From NCBI GenBank assembly GCA_965205025.1, contig CBDBFU010000009.1, positions 64,001-128,000 of the forward strand: a DNA stretch of 64,000 nt, read 5' to 3'. The position numbers were made by a program, and so were the translations under genes. The notes beneath the pieces are model-generated. The model saw only the letters and a list, made by a program, of their open reading frames with translations. It was not told the origin of the DNA and did not search any database. Source of the stretch: Candidatus Poribacteria bacterium. GTDB taxonomy: Bacteria > Poribacteria > WGA-4E > WGA-3G. Of the stretch, positions 41,932 through 53,371 are shown in pieces (position 1 is the first letter of the stretch; every line of letters starts with the position of its first letter).

Positions 41932-42555
41932 ATGAAAGATACATTGGTTTTTGACGTCAGGACTATTAAGAATGAAGATTTCAATGAATATGAAGTGGAA
42001 GTTCAACCATCACTACTTGAACTGGAGTTTGATGATGTGAACTTTAATAGTAGTGTCTGTGGAAAAGTCCAATTGCTTCACCATGGTGAGGATAATATAT
42101 ATGTCAAAGCTGAAGTATCTACAGATATTGAAATACAATGCGGTAAATGTCTTGATACGTATAAAGAGGATCTTGAAGCAACCTTTGAAATTCAATTTAC
42201 CCCTTCTACAAACTCTGAAGAAATAGATTCTGGAAATGTTGATGATGAAGAACGCTTCTATGATGGAGAGACATTTAACATCTCCGAAGATGCAAGACAA
42301 GCATTAGTAATTCAGATCCCAGTTTGGCCCCTCTGCTCGCAAGTATGTGAAGGCTTATGTTCCGGTTGTGGAATAAACCTAAATGAAGAAAATTGTACTT
42401 GTCCTGAGACAGAAGTAATTCAAACGGATACACCGGACACCCATTCACCCTTTGCCGATTTAAAACAACTCTTAGATGCAGCAAAAGTAGAAACTGAAAA
42501 TAAGCCAAAGAATCGTAAGGAGATTACTCTAAAAAATGGCACATCCAAAACGTAG
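41932..42555 (+). CDS. yceD: YceD/DUF177 protein
   Basis: CGKCL and [19 protein letters not shown]; sits before rpmF. Confidence 0.88.
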   Translation: MKDTLVFDVRTIKNEDFNEYEVEVQPSLLELEFDDVNFNSSVCGKVQLLHHGEDNIYVKAEVSTDIEIQCGKCLDTYKEDLEATFEIQFTPSTNSEEIDSGNVDDEERFYDGETFNISEDARQALVIQIPVWPLCSQVCEGLCSGCGINLNEENCTCPETEVIQTDTPDTHSPFADLKQLLDAAKVETENKPKNRKEITLKNGTSKT

Positions 42556-42724
42556 AACTTCACGATCTAAAAAAAGAATGCGGAGAAGTCATCATGCACT
42601 CCGGAATCAAGTTATTACTGATTGTTCCTATTGTGGTGAAATGATGGTTTCTCATCGTGTCTGTACACATTGTGGACACTATAAGGGTAGATCAATTCTA
42701 AAGACTACTGAGGAAGAAGGTTAG
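42536..42724 (+). CDS. rpmF: 50S ribosomal protein L32
   Basis: [19 protein letters not shown], CxxC..HRVC..CG.Y. Confidence 0.96.
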   Translation: MAHPKRRTSRSKKRMRRSHHALRNQVITDCSYCGEMMVSHRVCTHCGHYKGRSILKTTEEEG

Positions 42725-42807
42725 CATTCACGTCTCATTTCTTGCCGATACTATATATCTATAATCTTGTGTAGATATTCATTATCGACTTATAAGGGTT
42801 CTTAAAT

Positions 42808-43797
42808 ATGAAGCGATATGCCGCAATCGCAGGGACGGGTGCTTATCTACCTGAAACCATTTTAACTAATTTCGATCTTGAGAAAATGGTGGATACCAGC
42901 GACGAATGGATTCGACAACGAACGGGAATTGTAGAGCGAAGAATAGCCGATGATGATGTTGCTACATCAGATCTTAGTGTGCATGCATCTCGACTTGCAA
43001 TTAAGGATGCACATATAGATCCGATTGATATTGAGATGATTCTCGTTGCTACTGTCACCCCCGATACTGCATTCCCATCAACAGCATGTTATGTACAGCA
43101 GGGTATAGGTGCAAAAAACGCATCTGCCATGGATATATCAGCCGCGTGTGCTGGTTTCTTGTATGGTCTTGATTTAGCTAATGGACTAATAATTTCTGGA
43201 CAGTATAATACTATTCTTGTAGTCGGTGGGGAAGTATTTAATAATATCGTAGACTGGAAGGATAGAAATACTTGTGTGCTTTTTGGAGATGGTGCTGGTG
43301 CTGCAATCGTTCAAGCAACAGAAGAACCAAAAGGAATTATCGCCTCGTATATCGGATCAGATGGAGATTATGCCGATATTAACCTACTCGGTATTCCTGC
43401 AGGTGGTTCAAGAATGCCTGTCACCTCAGATGCAATTGATAATAATCTCAATAAAATCCAGATGAATGGTAGGGAAGTCTTCAAGCTTGGTGTTCGACTG
43501 ATGCCCGAAGCTGCACAACGTGTATTACGTAAAGCGGAAATTAGTGTAGATGATATTGACCTATTGATTCCACACCAAGCGAACTTACGAATTATTGAAG
43601 CAGTTGGCGACAGACTTGGAGTGCCAAGAGAGAAAGTGTATGTAAACGTCGATAAATATGGCAATACTTCAGCTGCAACTGTTATCATTGCATTGGATGA
43701 AGCTATTCGACAAGGACGCGCAAAGCCTGGTGATCTTGTTCTACTGGTAACTTTTGGCGCAGGATTAACATGGGGAAGCACACTCTTACGTCTATAA
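42808..43797 (+). CDS. fabH: 3-oxoacyl-ACP synthase III
   Basis: AACAGF, PHQANLRII, GNTSAA, FGAGLTWG. Confidence 0.96.
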   Translation: MKRYAAIAGTGAYLPETILTNFDLEKMVDTSDEWIRQRTGIVERRIADDDVATSDLSVHASRLAIKDAHIDPIDIEMILVATVTPDTAFPSTACYVQQGIGAKNASAMDISAACAGFLYGLDLANGLIISGQYNTILVVGGEVFNNIVDWKDRNTCVLFGDGAGAAIVQATEEPKGIIASYIGSDGDYADINLLGIPAGGSRMPVTSDAIDNNLNKIQMNGREVFKLGVRLMPEAAQRVLRKAEISVDDIDLLIPHQANLRIIEAVGDRLGVPREKVYVNVDKYGNTSAATVIIALDEAIRQGRAKPGDLVLLVTFGAGLTWGSTLLRL

Positions 43798-43969
43798 CTA
43801 AACATATTTATTAAAATAAGTGCGTTCGGTATAAGCAATATATAGGAATCAGTGCTTGAAGCCACACACCATCCAAGGTTGAGAGTTTACATTTTGCGAT
43901 ATAATAGTTGATTTTCTCTTACTTCGAGTTCACGTTATTAATAGTATCATTTCCAAATTACACCGTAAA

Positions 43970-44908
43970 ATGTCGCAATTCGCCTATATATTTCCAGGAC
44001 AGGGTTCACAGAAAGTTGGCATGGGTTCCGAGTTAGTTGATAACTATCCAATTGCCCGTGAAGTCTTTGACAATGCTGATAGTTCTTTGGGAATATCTAT
44101 TAGCCAACTCTGTTTTGAAGGGCCAGAAGAGGAATTAAGACAGACAGAAAATACACAACTTGCTATATTAACATATAGTGTCGCCATCTTAAAAGTCCTA
44201 ACTCACTCAGGTATTAATCCAGAGATTGTTGCCGGACATAGTTTGGGTGAGTATTCCGCTCTTGTTGCCTCCGGTGTCATTAGTTTATCGGATGCCTTAC
44301 GATTGGTAAGTGCTCGTGCACAATTTATGGCAGAAGCAGGTGAAGAGCAAGTTGGAACAATGGCCGCTATCCTTGGTATGGAGACAGATAAACTACAGCA
44401 ATACTGTGATAGTGTTGATGGAATTGTAAAAATTGCGAATTATAATTGTCCTGGACAATTAGTGATTTCAGGAGAAGTTGAAGCAGTAAATCAGGTTGTT
44501 GATCTTGCTTCTGAGGAAATTGGTTCGAGACGGTGTCGTTTATTACCTGTGAGTGGTGCTTTTCATTCACCATTAATGGAATCGGCACAAGCTAAGTTTC
44601 AAGTTGTCTTGAATACTATAACGTTAAACCATCCCAAAATTGATATTGTGATGAATGTTACTGGTGTATTGGCAAAGGAACCTGAGGATATTAGAAGTTT
44701 ACTGTTTCAACAGATTACTGAACCTGTTCAATGGGAAAAGACATTACATACTATTGCGACTTCGGGTATTGGTAACTATATAGAGGTAGGTCCAGGAAAG
44801 GTTTTGTCTGGTTTGGTAAAAAGGACATATCCGGACAATATTTGTATGAATGTAGAAGATCTTAACACATTAGCTTTCGTATTAGACAAATATGGAAAAG
44901 GTCAGTAA
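43970..44908 (+). CDS. fabD: malonyl-CoA:ACP transacylase
   Basis: FPGQGSQ, GHSLGEYSA, VSGAFHS. Confidence 0.96.
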   Translation: MSQFAYIFPGQGSQKVGMGSELVDNYPIAREVFDNADSSLGISISQLCFEGPEEELRQTENTQLAILTYSVAILKVLTHSGINPEIVAGHSLGEYSALVASGVISLSDALRLVSARAQFMAEAGEEQVGTMAAILGMETDKLQQYCDSVDGIVKIANYNCPGQLVISGEVEAVNQVVDLASEEIGSRRCRLLPVSGAFHSPLMESAQAKFQVVLNTITLNHPKIDIVMNVTGVLAKEPEDIRSLLFQQITEPVQWEKTLHTIATSGIGNYIEVGPGKVLSGLVKRTYPDNICMNVEDLNTLAFVLDKYGKGQ

Positions 44909-44909
44909 G

Positions 44910-45686
44910 ATGGATACAGCAACGGGACAGTGCATTTTTAAATCGGACATGCTAAATGGGAAAACAGCAATCGTTACAGGAGCATCTCGAGGGATTGGTG
45001 CAGCAATTGCCCGGAGATTGTGTGAAACAGGGGCACAGGTTGTTGTTTGTTCTCGTTCATTACAAGCAGTTACACAAACAGCGGAAATTCTACAAGGTGA
45101 AGGTTATACTACCCATGCTATTGCTGCCGATATTGCCCAAAAAGCAGATGTTGAGACATTAATTCAAGAAACACTTACGAAGTTCTCTCAGATCGACATT
45201 CTTGTAAACAACGCTGGAATTACACGAGATACGCTGTTGATGCGCCTTAAAGATGAAGACTGGGATGCAGTGTTGCAAACTAATCTCAGCGGTACAATGT
45301 ACTGTACACGCGAAGTTCTTCGTCCAATGATACGACAAAAAAGTGGACGTATAATTAACATCTCCTCAGTCATAGGATTGATGGGAAATGTTGGACAAGC
45401 ACCCTATGCAGCCGCAAAAGCCGGTATTATAGGTCTTACAAAAACAACCGCAAAAGAGGTAGGCACACGAGGTATAACTGTAAACGCTATCGCACCTGGG
45501 TTCATTACGACAGACATGACAGCAGAAATACCCGAAGAGTTTCAAAACAAAATTCTTGAACTGATTCCATTACAGAACTTTGGCACACCAGAAGATGTTG
45601 CAGACACGGTCTGTTTTCTGGCATCTGATGCAGCACGATATATCACTGGACAAACCTTTCAGGTAGACGGTGGTATGGTGATGTAA
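44910..45686 (+). CDS. fabG: 3-oxoacyl-ACP reductase
   Basis: TGASRGIG, NNAGITRD, YAAAK; start uncertain. Confidence 0.95.
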   Translation: MDTATGQCIFKSDMLNGKTAIVTGASRGIGAAIARRLCETGAQVVVCSRSLQAVTQTAEILQGEGYTTHAIAADIAQKADVETLIQETLTKFSQIDILVNNAGITRDTLLMRLKDEDWDAVLQTNLSGTMYCTREVLRPMIRQKSGRIINISSVIGLMGNVGQAPYAAAKAGIIGLTKTTAKEVGTRGITVNAIAPGFITTDMTAEIPEEFQNKILELIPLQNFGTPEDVADTVCFLASDAARYITGQTFQVDGGMVM

Positions 45687-45859
45687 CTCACAACCCTATT
45701 CTGCTAACTACAGCAGAACTATTGACTATTAGTATTGGGAAACCATAGAAATACCATAATGGTAATGATTAGTTAAATTAACATTTATTATATTGCTGGA
45801 GTGGTAGAAACTGTAGAATATAGTTTTTCCACCCATTTGATAGGAGATTAATAACATAA

Positions 45860-46093
45860 ATGGCAACAAATGAAGAACGTCTTATTGAAATCATCGCACA
45901 TCAACTTGGTATTGAGTCTGACAATGTCACTCCTGATGCTTCTTTTATGGAAGACTTAGGAGCAGATTCTCTTGATACCGTCGAATTGGTCATGGCACTT
46001 GAAGAGGAATTTGATCTTGAAATTCCTGACAGTGATGCCGAAAAGATTCAAACCGTACAAGATGCCCTTGATTATTTGGATGAGCATATATAG
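45860..46093 (+). CDS. acpP: acyl carrier protein
   Basis: [20 protein letters not shown]. Confidence 0.97.
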   Translation: MATNEERLIEIIAHQLGIESDNVTPDASFMEDLGADSLDTVELVMALEEEFDLEIPDSDAEKIQTVQDALDYLDEHI

Positions 46094-46118
46094 TCACTCA
46101 TAATTGATAATTAACTTT

Positions 46119-46152
46119 GAGGGCATGTAGTCGTAATCTACAAGCCCTCTTT
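46119..46152 (+). terminator. hairpin after acpP (partial terminator or mRNA stabiliser)
   Basis: GAGGGCATGTAG..CTACAAGCCCTC-TTT. Confidence 0.5.
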
Positions 46153-46178
46153 ACCTACTTAAGAAAAGGATCGGTCTC

Positions 46179-47417
46179 GTGGAGCGTGTAGTTATTACAG
46201 GAATCGGTGTTGTTAATGCGATTGGCAACACGAAAGAAGAATATTGGGATGCGCTTGGAGAGGGTAAAAACGGAATCGGACCTTTAACTTCTTTTGATGC
46301 AACCGATTATCGTACCCAGATTGCTGCAGAGGTAAAAGATTTTCAGGCAGAATTGTATTTGGATAAGAAGACTGTATCGCGTTTTCCTGCTTTTATTAAG
46401 TATGCGCTTGCAGCTTCAATGATGGCACATAAAGATTCAGGTTTGGACCTGTCCACAATTGATCCATATCGTGCCGGTGTCCAAATTGGTTCTGGTGTTG
46501 GTGGTATCGGTTTTCTTGAAGAAAATGCAGAAATTCTTTTTGAAAAAGGACCAAAGCGCGTAAGTCCGTTTCTTGTGCCGTTTATGATCATTAATATGGC
46601 AGCAGGACAGGTATCTATCCATTTTAACCTAAAGGGTCCCAATTCCTCATCTGTTACAGCCTGTGCCACTTCAAACCATTCAATTGGCGAATCGTTACGT
46701 TTAATTCAACACGGATATGCAGATGTCATGTTCACTGGTGGTACAGAATCAGCAATGACACCTTTGGCATTTGCAGGATTTTGTCAGATGCGTGCGATGT
46801 CTGAGCGTAATGATGAACCCGAACGAGCTTCTCGTCCATTCAATAAAGACAGAGATGGTTTCGTTATGGGTGAGGGTGGAGGCATTCTAATTCTTGAATC
46901 CCTTACACATGCCAAAAAACGTGGAGCAAATATTTACGCGGAAATCGTCGGATTCGGCATGACCTCTGACGCTCATGATATGGTGAGTCCGCCTGATAAT
47001 GGTGAAGGGGCAGCGAAAGCAATGGAATTTGCACTTAATGATGCTAAACTTCCAACAGATTCAGTTGATTATATCAATACACACGGAACTTCAACACCTA
47101 TAGGGGATATTGCTGAGACAAATGCGATTAAATCCCTCTTTGGTGCTAAAGCCTATCAAATACCCGTGAGTTCAACAAAGTCTATGATTGGACATCTACT
47201 CGGAGCCGCAGGTGCGGTGGAACTCATTGGGTGTATAGGGGGTATGGAAAAAGGATTTATACCTCCAACGATCAATTATGAAGTACCAGATGAAGAATGT
47301 GATCTGGATTATGTACCAAACGAAAGTCGTGATGTACAAATAGAAGTCGTACTTTCTAACGCATTCGGATTCGGTGGACATAATACCTCTATCGCTATCC
47401 GAAAGTTCACTGGCTAA
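46179..47417 (+). CDS. fabF: 3-oxoacyl-ACP synthase II
   Basis: [29 protein letters not shown]. Confidence 0.96.
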   Translation: MERVVITGIGVVNAIGNTKEEYWDALGEGKNGIGPLTSFDATDYRTQIAAEVKDFQAELYLDKKTVSRFPAFIKYALAASMMAHKDSGLDLSTIDPYRAGVQIGSGVGGIGFLEENAEILFEKGPKRVSPFLVPFMIINMAAGQVSIHFNLKGPNSSSVTACATSNHSIGESLRLIQHGYADVMFTGGTESAMTPLAFAGFCQMRAMSERNDEPERASRPFNKDRDGFVMGEGGGILILESLTHAKKRGANIYAEIVGFGMTSDAHDMVSPPDNGEGAAKAMEFALNDAKLPTDSVDYINTHGTSTPIGDIAETNAIKSLFGAKAYQIPVSSTKSMIGHLLGAAGAVELIGCIGGMEKGFIPPTINYEVPDEECDLDYVPNESRDVQIEVVLSNAFGFGGHNTSIAIRKFTG

Positions 47418-47467
47418 TTGTTAAACTTCACACATCCCTATCTATATAATTCTTATACAATAAACTT

Positions 47468-47983
47468 GTGCACTTAGCGTATATTGGCTTTGGAAGCAAC
47501 ATTGGTGAAAGGTTAACTTATATTCAAAATTCCCTCTACTCCTTATCGGTAGTGGAGGGAATTACCTTAAAGACCATTTCATCTATTTATAAGACTGAAC
47601 CAGTGGGAAATGTAGCACAAGATGATTTTTTAAACGGTGTGGTTTCAGTTGAAACTTCACTTTCCCCCCATAGCTTACTTCACACATTAAAAGATATTGA
47701 AATTTCCATTGGTAGAAAACACCGAACCCGTTGGGGTCCAAGAGAGATCGATATGGATATTCTTATCTATGATGATCTGTGCCTTCAAACTCCAGATTTG
47801 ACCATTCCACACCCAGAAATGCACCTCCGCAGGTTCGTACTTACTCCGTTAGCAGAAATCTCCTCAGACTTACCCCATCCTGTCCTTAATAAAAGTATCC
47901 TTTCGCTACTTCATAGTCTAAAAGATGACAAATCAGTGGTGAAGGATATAAGTTATTCTGTAAACATTACATCCTGTCAATAA
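47468..47983 (+). CDS. folK: 2-amino-4-hydroxy-6-hydroxymethyldihydropteridine diphosphokinase
   Basis: [33 protein letters not shown]. Confidence 0.95.
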   Translation: MHLAYIGFGSNIGERLTYIQNSLYSLSVVEGITLKTISSIYKTEPVGNVAQDDFLNGVVSVETSLSPHSLLHTLKDIEISIGRKHRTRWGPREIDMDILIYDDLCLQTPDLTIPHPEMHLRRFVLTPLAEISSDLPHPVLNKSILSLLHSLKDDKSVVKDISYSVNITSCQ

Positions 47984-48092
47984 ATTGTGAAGATACCATC
48001 TGTTAATGAATCATTTCTAACTTGAATGTCTTTAGTATGGATTCCTCAATTGATATTTGATATAATTTATTAGATATTTATAGGAGAGTAAA

Positions 48093-48747
48093 GTGATGCG
48101 ATGGTTTGAAACACGTGGTCCGGTATATCCTGAAGATAACTACGTTGTAGTGCGAACAGGAGAACTTGCAGATTTTGTAAGTCGAATGGAAAAAGGAAGG
48201 TATATCGTGTTATTCGCACCTCGCCAAACAGGTAAAACTACGTTGTTTCGAAACGCACTTGACATACTTGAAGCCAAGCAACAAGGTTATATACCAATAC
48301 AGATGAATTTTGAGATTTATGTTGATAGTGATGCAACTGTATTCTACAAGTCATTTTCCGATGAAATATGTCAGAAAATTAAAGATGTATTTCAAGGTCG
48401 CGGTGAGAAACTTTCAGATGAACTCACAAAATTCTTAACAGAAGTAGAAATTTCGGATCCTATTTCACTCACAACATTTTTTCAATCACTTGGTAATTTA
48501 CTAAAGAAGCAACGAATTGTTATTGTCATTGATGAATTTGATGCAATACCAAGAGATGCTCTTAGGGGTTTTTTACATTCACTTCGCCAAATATATCTTT
48601 CTGAGAAAGAACGATGTCCCTATAGTGTTGGTATTGTTTAGGAAAAACCCGGAACCACGAATTGAATCTGAAATTATAGATGAATTGCCTATTCAAAGTT
48701 ATGTGATTCCTGTGATACAGGAACTCCCTTCATCGGTTAAAACATAA
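48093..48747 (+). pseudogene. AAA-like P-loop ATPase, truncated or internally deleted
   Basis: F.T.GPV, APRQTGKTT Walker A, IVIDEFD Walker B; stops at 48641 soon after Walker B; a protein-like tail (RKNPEPRIESE..SYVIPVIQE) follows in another frame. Confidence 0.65.
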
Positions 48748-48894
48748 GCGGTGTTTAAATTCCCAATTTTAAATCTACATCAGATTCAACTCTCTTATCC
48801 GGTCAATTCTCTCAGATTTATCATATCAGAAGTTATAGCAATAGAGTGATACACTGATTTCGTACTAACAGAAACAAGAAACAATTGCAATAAA

Positions 48895-49803
48895 TTACCA
48901 ATTTGGATCATATTCCCAATTTGTACGTTGTATCCCGTAGCGAATTCCTTCTATCTCTGTCTGATGGCAGACAAGACACCTGTTGTAATCGTTAACTCCA
49001 TGCAATTGATGTGCAGTAATTATCTCAGGTGTATTATGTTCATGACAAGTAATACATGTATAACTTTGATACGGATGATCAGCATATAGTGCGAATTGAT
49101 TTGTTTGTCTTCTTATGTGATATTCCCGGTCATTTTCATTGTCTGATATTTTCCATTCAATACCCATTTTCTTTATCAATATTTTCGCTGTTTGAGAAAT
49201 ATCCACCTGTTGTTGTGTAGACCACCAATGTATTTCCTCGGGTAGTTTTTCTGATGTATCTAATTCTTGTTGTAGTGTTGAAGATTCTATTTTGAAGAGG
49301 AATGGATCGGCTGTATGGCATTTTGCACAAGGTACATCATGCACACTTGTTAATGGAAAAAATTCATCGTGGTCAAGTTTTGCCTGTCCATGAAAAACAA
49401 TACCAATAAACAGAATTGGGGCAAGGATAAGGTGACATCTAAGCAGTATTTGTCGTGTCTTACGAGTTGTAAGACTAACAGCGACGCCTGTCCCAAGATT
49501 TGACAGTGCAAGTATAAAGGTTAACCAAGAGTGCCATGCTAACGGTTGGAAGGCAGAGTGTAGAAGTACCAGAGAAAGACCTAATGATGCTAACCGTTGA
49601 TGATATTTTAACCATACTTGACGAGAACCCCATTTAATCCATCTGCTACGTAGTACATACAAACCTGCGATGAGAATAGCAATAGCTCCAATGATACTAA
49701 TAGTGTGTCTGGCTTCCCCATAACTGCCTGCCTGCCAGACACATACCAATGAAATAATAGTAGCACCAACAATGCCATGTCCGATATGTATGAAAACCCG
49801 CAT
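48895..49803 (-). CDS. membrane protein with His-containing TM helices and three CxxCH heme motifs
   Basis: About 5 TM segments (WLKYH, LLH, RCH, FH); CAKCH, CITCH, CLVCH. Confidence 0.8.
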   Translation of the reverse strand: MRVFIHIGHGIVGATIISLVCVWQAGSYGEARHTISIIGAIAILIAGLYVLRSRWIKWGSRQVWLKYHQRLASLGLSLVLLHSAFQPLAWHSWLTFILALSNLGTGVAVSLTTRKTRQILLRCHLILAPILFIGIVFHGQAKLDHDEFFPLTSVHDVPCAKCHTADPFLFKIESSTLQQELDTSEKLPEEIHWWSTQQQVDISQTAKILIKKMGIEWKISDNENDREYHIRRQTNQFALYADHPYQSYTCITCHEHNTPEIITAHQLHGVNDYNRCLVCHQTEIEGIRYGIQRTNWEYDPNW

Positions 49804-49919
49804 AGTGTAAGTTTAACATGTCTGCTTATCAGTGACAAGTGAAAAGGAATAGTCTGGAAAGAGTAAAAATGATATGTTATAATAACCGTAAGTTATGGTT
49901 ATATTCATAAGGAGATAGA

Positions 49920-50495
49920 GTGATGAATCAAAAAATCGTTTTTATATTACTTCTTTTTATTCCATTGACACTCATTGGATGTTATACAATAAATGGCCAT
50001 TATGAACTAGTAAATACAAGCATAAATAAACAAAAACATGTAGAAAAAACGGAAGAGAATGTAAACCAAATGTCTGATTCTGAAGTTAAAACTACAAAAG
50101 ACGAGTCTGACAGTTACTATGGTCGACGAAAACGTGCCTATAGTATATCAAATTCTTACTCAAGTGATTCCTACTGGATACCTTACACACGATATTATTC
50201 CTATTATCCTTTACCATATTATTATTCAAATCCCTGGTATTATGGTTATAGAAATTATGCACCTTATTATGGTTATGGCTATTATCCATATAGTAGTTAT
50301 TATCCGTATAGAGGCTACTATTATGGAAGGTATCGTGGGAGCCCGTATCCAGCATCTTCGCGTAGCACCTATAAGCGAGATAAAATCAGCAGAGATTACC
50401 GATCAGAAAATCGTCGTTCACGAGTATCACGTAGTGTAATATCCTCTAATCCTCAATCGGATCGTCTACGTCGCAAATCTAATAACCAAGATTAG
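49920..50495 (+). CDS. Tyr-rich, Arg/Ser-tailed putative lipoprotein
   Basis: Signal ending LIG-C; low-complexity Y/P/G core. Confidence 0.75.
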   Translation: MMNQKIVFILLLFIPLTLIGCYTINGHYELVNTSINKQKHVEKTEENVNQMSDSEVKTTKDESDSYYGRRKRAYSISNSYSSDSYWIPYTRYYSYYPLPYYYSNPWYYGYRNYAPYYGYGYYPYSSYYPYRGYYYGRYRGSPYPASSRSTYKRDKISRDYRSENRRSRVSRSVISSNPQSDRLRRKSNNQD

Positions 50496-50558
50496 GATTA
50501 GTCTTCCAGATATCAGGAAAGTTCTGAGAACAGAGATTTTAATGAAGGAGAAATTGAA

Positions 50559-51839
50559 ATGAAACAAACAATTTATGGGGTATTTGTCTGTTTATTTGCT
50601 ATAGGATGTTTTGTAGTCACATCCACTGCCCAGATTGAAGAAATGGCAATCGGTAACACATTCGGTGTTGGTGCGCGGACAATGGGAATGGGTGGTGCTA
50701 CTCTTGGTATTTCCGATGACTTTACAGCCTTATATTGGAATCCTGCTGGAATAGCACAGATACAGAAGTTTGAATTATTCACGAGCTTTTCACATAATAC
50801 AGCAAATACAGATAGTTTTTTCTCAGGTGATGAAGTAACTGGTACGAGTCGTACGCAACTCCGTCCGAATGCGATTGGGTTTGTATACCCGTTTTACACG
50901 CAACAGGGTGGTTTTGCAGTAGCATTTGGGTATAATCGTCCCCAGAACTTCGACTATCAAACAGTTATCCAAGGGATTGATCCAAGTTCTGGAAATATAC
51001 ATAGTGGATTGTTAGTAGATGAGGTTAATAGAAACTCTGGCGGAATTGGAATTTGGAGTTTTGGTGGTAGTATTTATATAACTGAGAGTATCCTAATTGG
51101 TGGGGCAGTTGATTTCTGGAATGGAAATAGTATAAACGAATTGGATATATCTGCTACAGATGCGTTTAACATTGATAATGATATATCCCGTTTCAGATTT
51201 GATGATGAAATAGATCGAGTTTATTCGGGAGTTGGTGGGAAACTCGGTGTTTTGGTTAATTTTACAGATTCAGTTAGTGTTGGTTTAACATTGGTGTCAC
51301 CTACAGAATTGGCAGTTGAAGAATTATGGTATGAGTACACTCATGTATCATACGATGATGGGGAAGAAGAAACAGACCCGAATGAGGGCTTAATATCATA
51401 CGATATTGAAAGACCATTTGAAGTTGGGACAGGGATCGCTGTGAAATTGTTGAACCAGCAATTGATTTTAGCGGGAGACATTCAACTAACTGATTGGCGT
51501 CAAGCCCGTTATGATCCCGCACCAGCGCAAGATATTTCCGACGATTTCTTTGAAGAGACCTATTCGCTGACATTGCAGTCAAGATTGGGAGTTGAATTTC
51601 GTATACCGGGTATTGACACCCACATTCGTGCAGGTTATTTTCGTGATACGATTCCTTTTACAGAAACCGAGGTTGAGAATGAACGTGATTACCTGACATT
51701 AGGTGTCGGTAAAATCTTTGAGGATACCTTGAAGTTTGACCTTGCTTATATGTACGGGAATTGGCGAGAGTATAGTAATGAGTTGACAAGGAAACAAAAT
51801 AACCATAGAATTTTTGTTTCAGGAGCGTACCGATTCTAA
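50559..51839 (+). CDS. FadL/OmpP1-like outer-membrane beta-barrel
   Basis: GARTMGMGGA..DFTALYWNPAG; C-terminal YRF. Confidence 0.8.
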   Translation: MKQTIYGVFVCLFAIGCFVVTSTAQIEEMAIGNTFGVGARTMGMGGATLGISDDFTALYWNPAGIAQIQKFELFTSFSHNTANTDSFFSGDEVTGTSRTQLRPNAIGFVYPFYTQQGGFAVAFGYNRPQNFDYQTVIQGIDPSSGNIHSGLLVDEVNRNSGGIGIWSFGGSIYITESILIGGAVDFWNGNSINELDISATDAFNIDNDISRFRFDDEIDRVYSGVGGKLGVLVNFTDSVSVGLTLVSPTELAVEELWYEYTHVSYDDGEEETDPNEGLISYDIERPFEVGTGIAVKLLNQQLILAGDIQLTDWRQARYDPAPAQDISDDFFEETYSLTLQSRLGVEFRIPGIDTHIRAGYFRDTIPFTETEVENERDYLTLGVGKIFEDTLKFDLAYMYGNWREYSNELTRKQNNHRIFVSGAYRF

Positions 51840-51855
51840 TCATTAATTAGGAAAT

Positions 51856-51896
51856 AAAAATATAGGGTGGAGTTTTAACTCCACCCTATATTTTTT
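51856..51896. terminator. bidirectional terminator
   Basis: AAAAATATAGGGTGGAGTT-TT-AACTCCACCCTATATTTTTT between convergent genes. Confidence 0.85.
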
Positions 51897-51973
51897 AAGA
51901 ATGTTAGCAATTAGTCTATCCTAAACAAGATCAGTAAATATGGTTTAGATTAACAGGTGTTTACCCAAATTCA

Positions 51974-52376
51974 TCACACGAGTTGTATATAAGCCATCTG
52001 TGCCCCGTCCCCGCGTCTTAATTCTCCTCGGATAATCCGTGTGTATCCTCCGTTGCGATCTTGGTACCGTGGAGCGATATCTTCAAAAAGTTTCTGTAGG
52101 ATAGCGTGTTTATCTAATACCCCGGATTCGCCTCTTCTTGGTTTATGATGAAGGTTTCTACCATACAAGGCTCGTGCAGCACGTCTGCGTGAATGAACAG
52201 TATCCTTTTTTGCTAAGGTTATCAGTTTTTCTGCGACCCTTCGAAGTTCCTTACATTTATGCAATGTTGTTCGAATTTGTTCATGTTCAAAAAGAGCGGT
52301 GGCTTGATTTCGGAAGAGTGCATTTTCGATGACTCGTAGTCCGTCCTAATTTCCTGCCGCGTTTTCTGTGTCTCAT
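51974..52376 (-). CDS. rplQ: 50S ribosomal protein L17 (apparent +1 frameshift near 52324)
   Basis: MRHRKRGRKLGRTTSHR / ALFRNQATALFEHEQIRTT..AEKLIT..GGYTRI. Confidence 0.92.
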
Positions 52377-53371
52377 TCTGTTTCCTCCTCCTCCTCCGTG
52401 AGAATGTATTCGTCGTCTTCCAAATCCATACCAAGAGTCAATCCCATGTTGGCAAGTTGGTCTTTGATTTCATTCAAAGATGTGCGTCCAAAGTTCTTAT
52501 ATTCCAACATTTCCTTCTCATTCTTTACGACGAGTTCACGGATAGTTTTAATATTTGCTGTCTCAAGACAATTTCCAGCGCGTACTGATAATTCAAGGTC
52601 AGCAACAGGTTTTGAAAGGTATCTATTTCTCAAGATTTTTGCTTCATCAATTTCAGGTTCTGGTTCAACATAAGTTTCATCGAATTCAGTAAATATTTCA
52701 AGTTGGTTTCGAAGAATTTCAGAAGCCTGTGTGATAGCGTCTTTGGGTGTTATACTTCCATCTGTCCAGATTTCGAGATTCAGTTGATCAAAATTCGTCA
52801 TGTCTTCAACACGAGTTTCACTTACGGAAAAGTTAACTTTCTCAACAGGAGAAAATTTTGCGTCAATAGGAATCCATCCAATAGGTTGTTTTGCGTCGCG
52901 ATGTTCTTCAGCCAGCGAATAACCGCGTCCCGTTTGAACTTGAATCTCCATTTCAATCCCTTGACACTTATCAAGAGTTGCAATATGTTGGTCTGGATTG
53001 ATGATTTCTACGAGTGAATTGGGTCGAACATCTGCAGCAGTGAGTTCCCCAGAACCATCAGCTTTTAAGTCGAGTATCATAGGTTCGTCCTGTAAAAGTC
53101 GGAACCGAATTGCCTTGAGGTTAAGTATTATTTGTACCACATCTTCTAAAATACCTGGAATAGTAGAATATTCATGTTTAACCTGATCAATTTGAATTGC
53201 AGTTATAGCAGCACCTTTAATTGAAGAAAGAAGTACTCGACGAAGCGAGTTGCCCAAAGTAGTGCCGTATCCGCGTTCAAGTGGTTCTGCGGTGTATTTG
53301 GCATAATTTGGTTGTAGTGATTCTGTATCTGCCACCAAACGCTTGGGCATTCTTAGATCCAAACTATTCAT
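52373..53371 (-). CDS. rpoA: RNA polymerase alpha subunit
   Basis: EPLERGYGTTLGNSLRRVLLSS, LELSVRA.NCL, NFGRTSL.EI. Confidence 0.97.
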   Translation of the reverse strand: MNSLDLRMPKRLVADTESLQPNYAKYTAEPLERGYGTTLGNSLRRVLLSSIKGAAITAIQIDQVKHEYSTIPGILEDVVQIILNLKAIRFRLLQDEPMILDLKADGSGELTAADVRPNSLVEIINPDQHIATLDKCQGIEMEIQVQTGRGYSLAEEHRDAKQPIGWIPIDAKFSPVEKVNFSVSETRVEDMTNFDQLNLEIWTDGSITPKDAITQASEILRNQLEIFTEFDETYVEPEPEIDEAKILRNRYLSKPVADLELSVRAGNCLETANIKTIRELVVKNEKEMLEYKNFGRTSLNEIKDQLANMGLTLGMDLEDDEYILTEEEEETE

